Below, piece by piece: positions 63,852 through 64,000 of a DNA stretch of 64,000 nucleotides (positions are counted from its first letter, which is position 1; each line of letters begins with the position of its first letter). The notes beneath the pieces were generated by a model. That model searched no databases and was not told the DNA's origin. It saw only the letters and a list, made by a program, of their open reading frames with translations. The position numbers were made by a program, and so were the translations under genes. The DNA comes from an uncultured Clostridia bacterium (GTDB taxonomy: Bacteria; Bacillota; Clostridia; Christensenellales; Borkfalkiaceae), in assembly GCA_947629675.1 (NCBI GenBank), contig CANREM010000005.1, positions 18,393 to 82,392 on the forward strand. The letters run 5' to 3'.

Positions 63852-64000
63852 ATTCTCAAATTATTTTGCAGGTCGGATCTTTGGAAAGCCTCGGCTCAGG
63901 AGGATTGAACAAGGAAATTTCATAAAAAATACTCTCAAAAAAGTTGCAATCGCGGGGGAGGGGTGCTATAATATTAGCCGAAATTTGTAGGATTTAAGGA

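Overview
This 64-kb window comes from a Bacillota (Clostridia-like) chromosome. That assignment is an inference from GGAGG-type ribosome-binding sites, G+C-rich coding sequence and gene content. Three parts stand out.

(1) 1-40 kb is housekeeping backbone:
- tRNA-Arg(CCT);
- an acyl-CoA dehydratase activase pair;
- a LytS-type two-component system;
- DUF4363/DUF421 genes;
- a THF riboswitch upstream of an ECF folate S-component;
- lgt, pncB, lspA, rluD, der and plsY;
- a phd/doc toxin-antitoxin cassette;
- a pgk-tpiA...gpmI glycolytic cluster, interrupted by an opposite-strand leucine-rich-repeat surface-protein gene and arrays of short GC-rich hairpins;
- the str operon (rpsL, rpsG, fusA, tuf);
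- a small low-G+C toxin/immunity-like islet;
- RNase J;
- a trmR-like methyltransferase next to a U32 peptidase-ASCH fusion.

(2) 40.0-58.3 kb is the main find. An ~18.2-kb element is integrated into the 3' end of tRNA-Thr(CGT) and bounded by a perfect 48-bp direct repeat.
- Its lysogeny module has a tyrosine integrase, an XRE repressor facing a divergent operator region, and a PIN/Phd pair.
- One long, translationally coupled minus-strand operon encodes almost only membrane-anchored proteins: several 30-75 aa single-TM peptides, a signal-peptide plus C-terminal-anchor 652-aa protein, paralogous N-anchored proteins and Listeria-Bacteroides-repeat proteins.
- The same operon also encodes a polytopic-membrane P-loop ATPase and a wHTH/DnaI-like replication protein, and is followed by a ~1-kb coding-free, hairpin-dense segment.
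- I recognise no capsid, terminase, portal, tail, relaxase or VirB4-type gene. I interpret it as a candidate non-tailed temperate virus-like element, either filamentous (inovirus-like) or membrane-enveloped (plasmavirus-like). This is inference and needs profile or structure searches and induction experiments.

(3) 58.3-61.3 kb holds tandem att remnants. A ~2.8-kb integrase-less islet is flanked by ~134-bp direct repeats. It carries a C5-cytosine methyltransferase, a putative cognate endonuclease and an AbrB-like small protein. Downstream lie an HxlR regulator, a cupin and a macrodomain-SirTM (class M sirtuin) pair.

Many long ORFs in the supplied track are antisense shadow ORFs of G+C-rich genes and were rejected.
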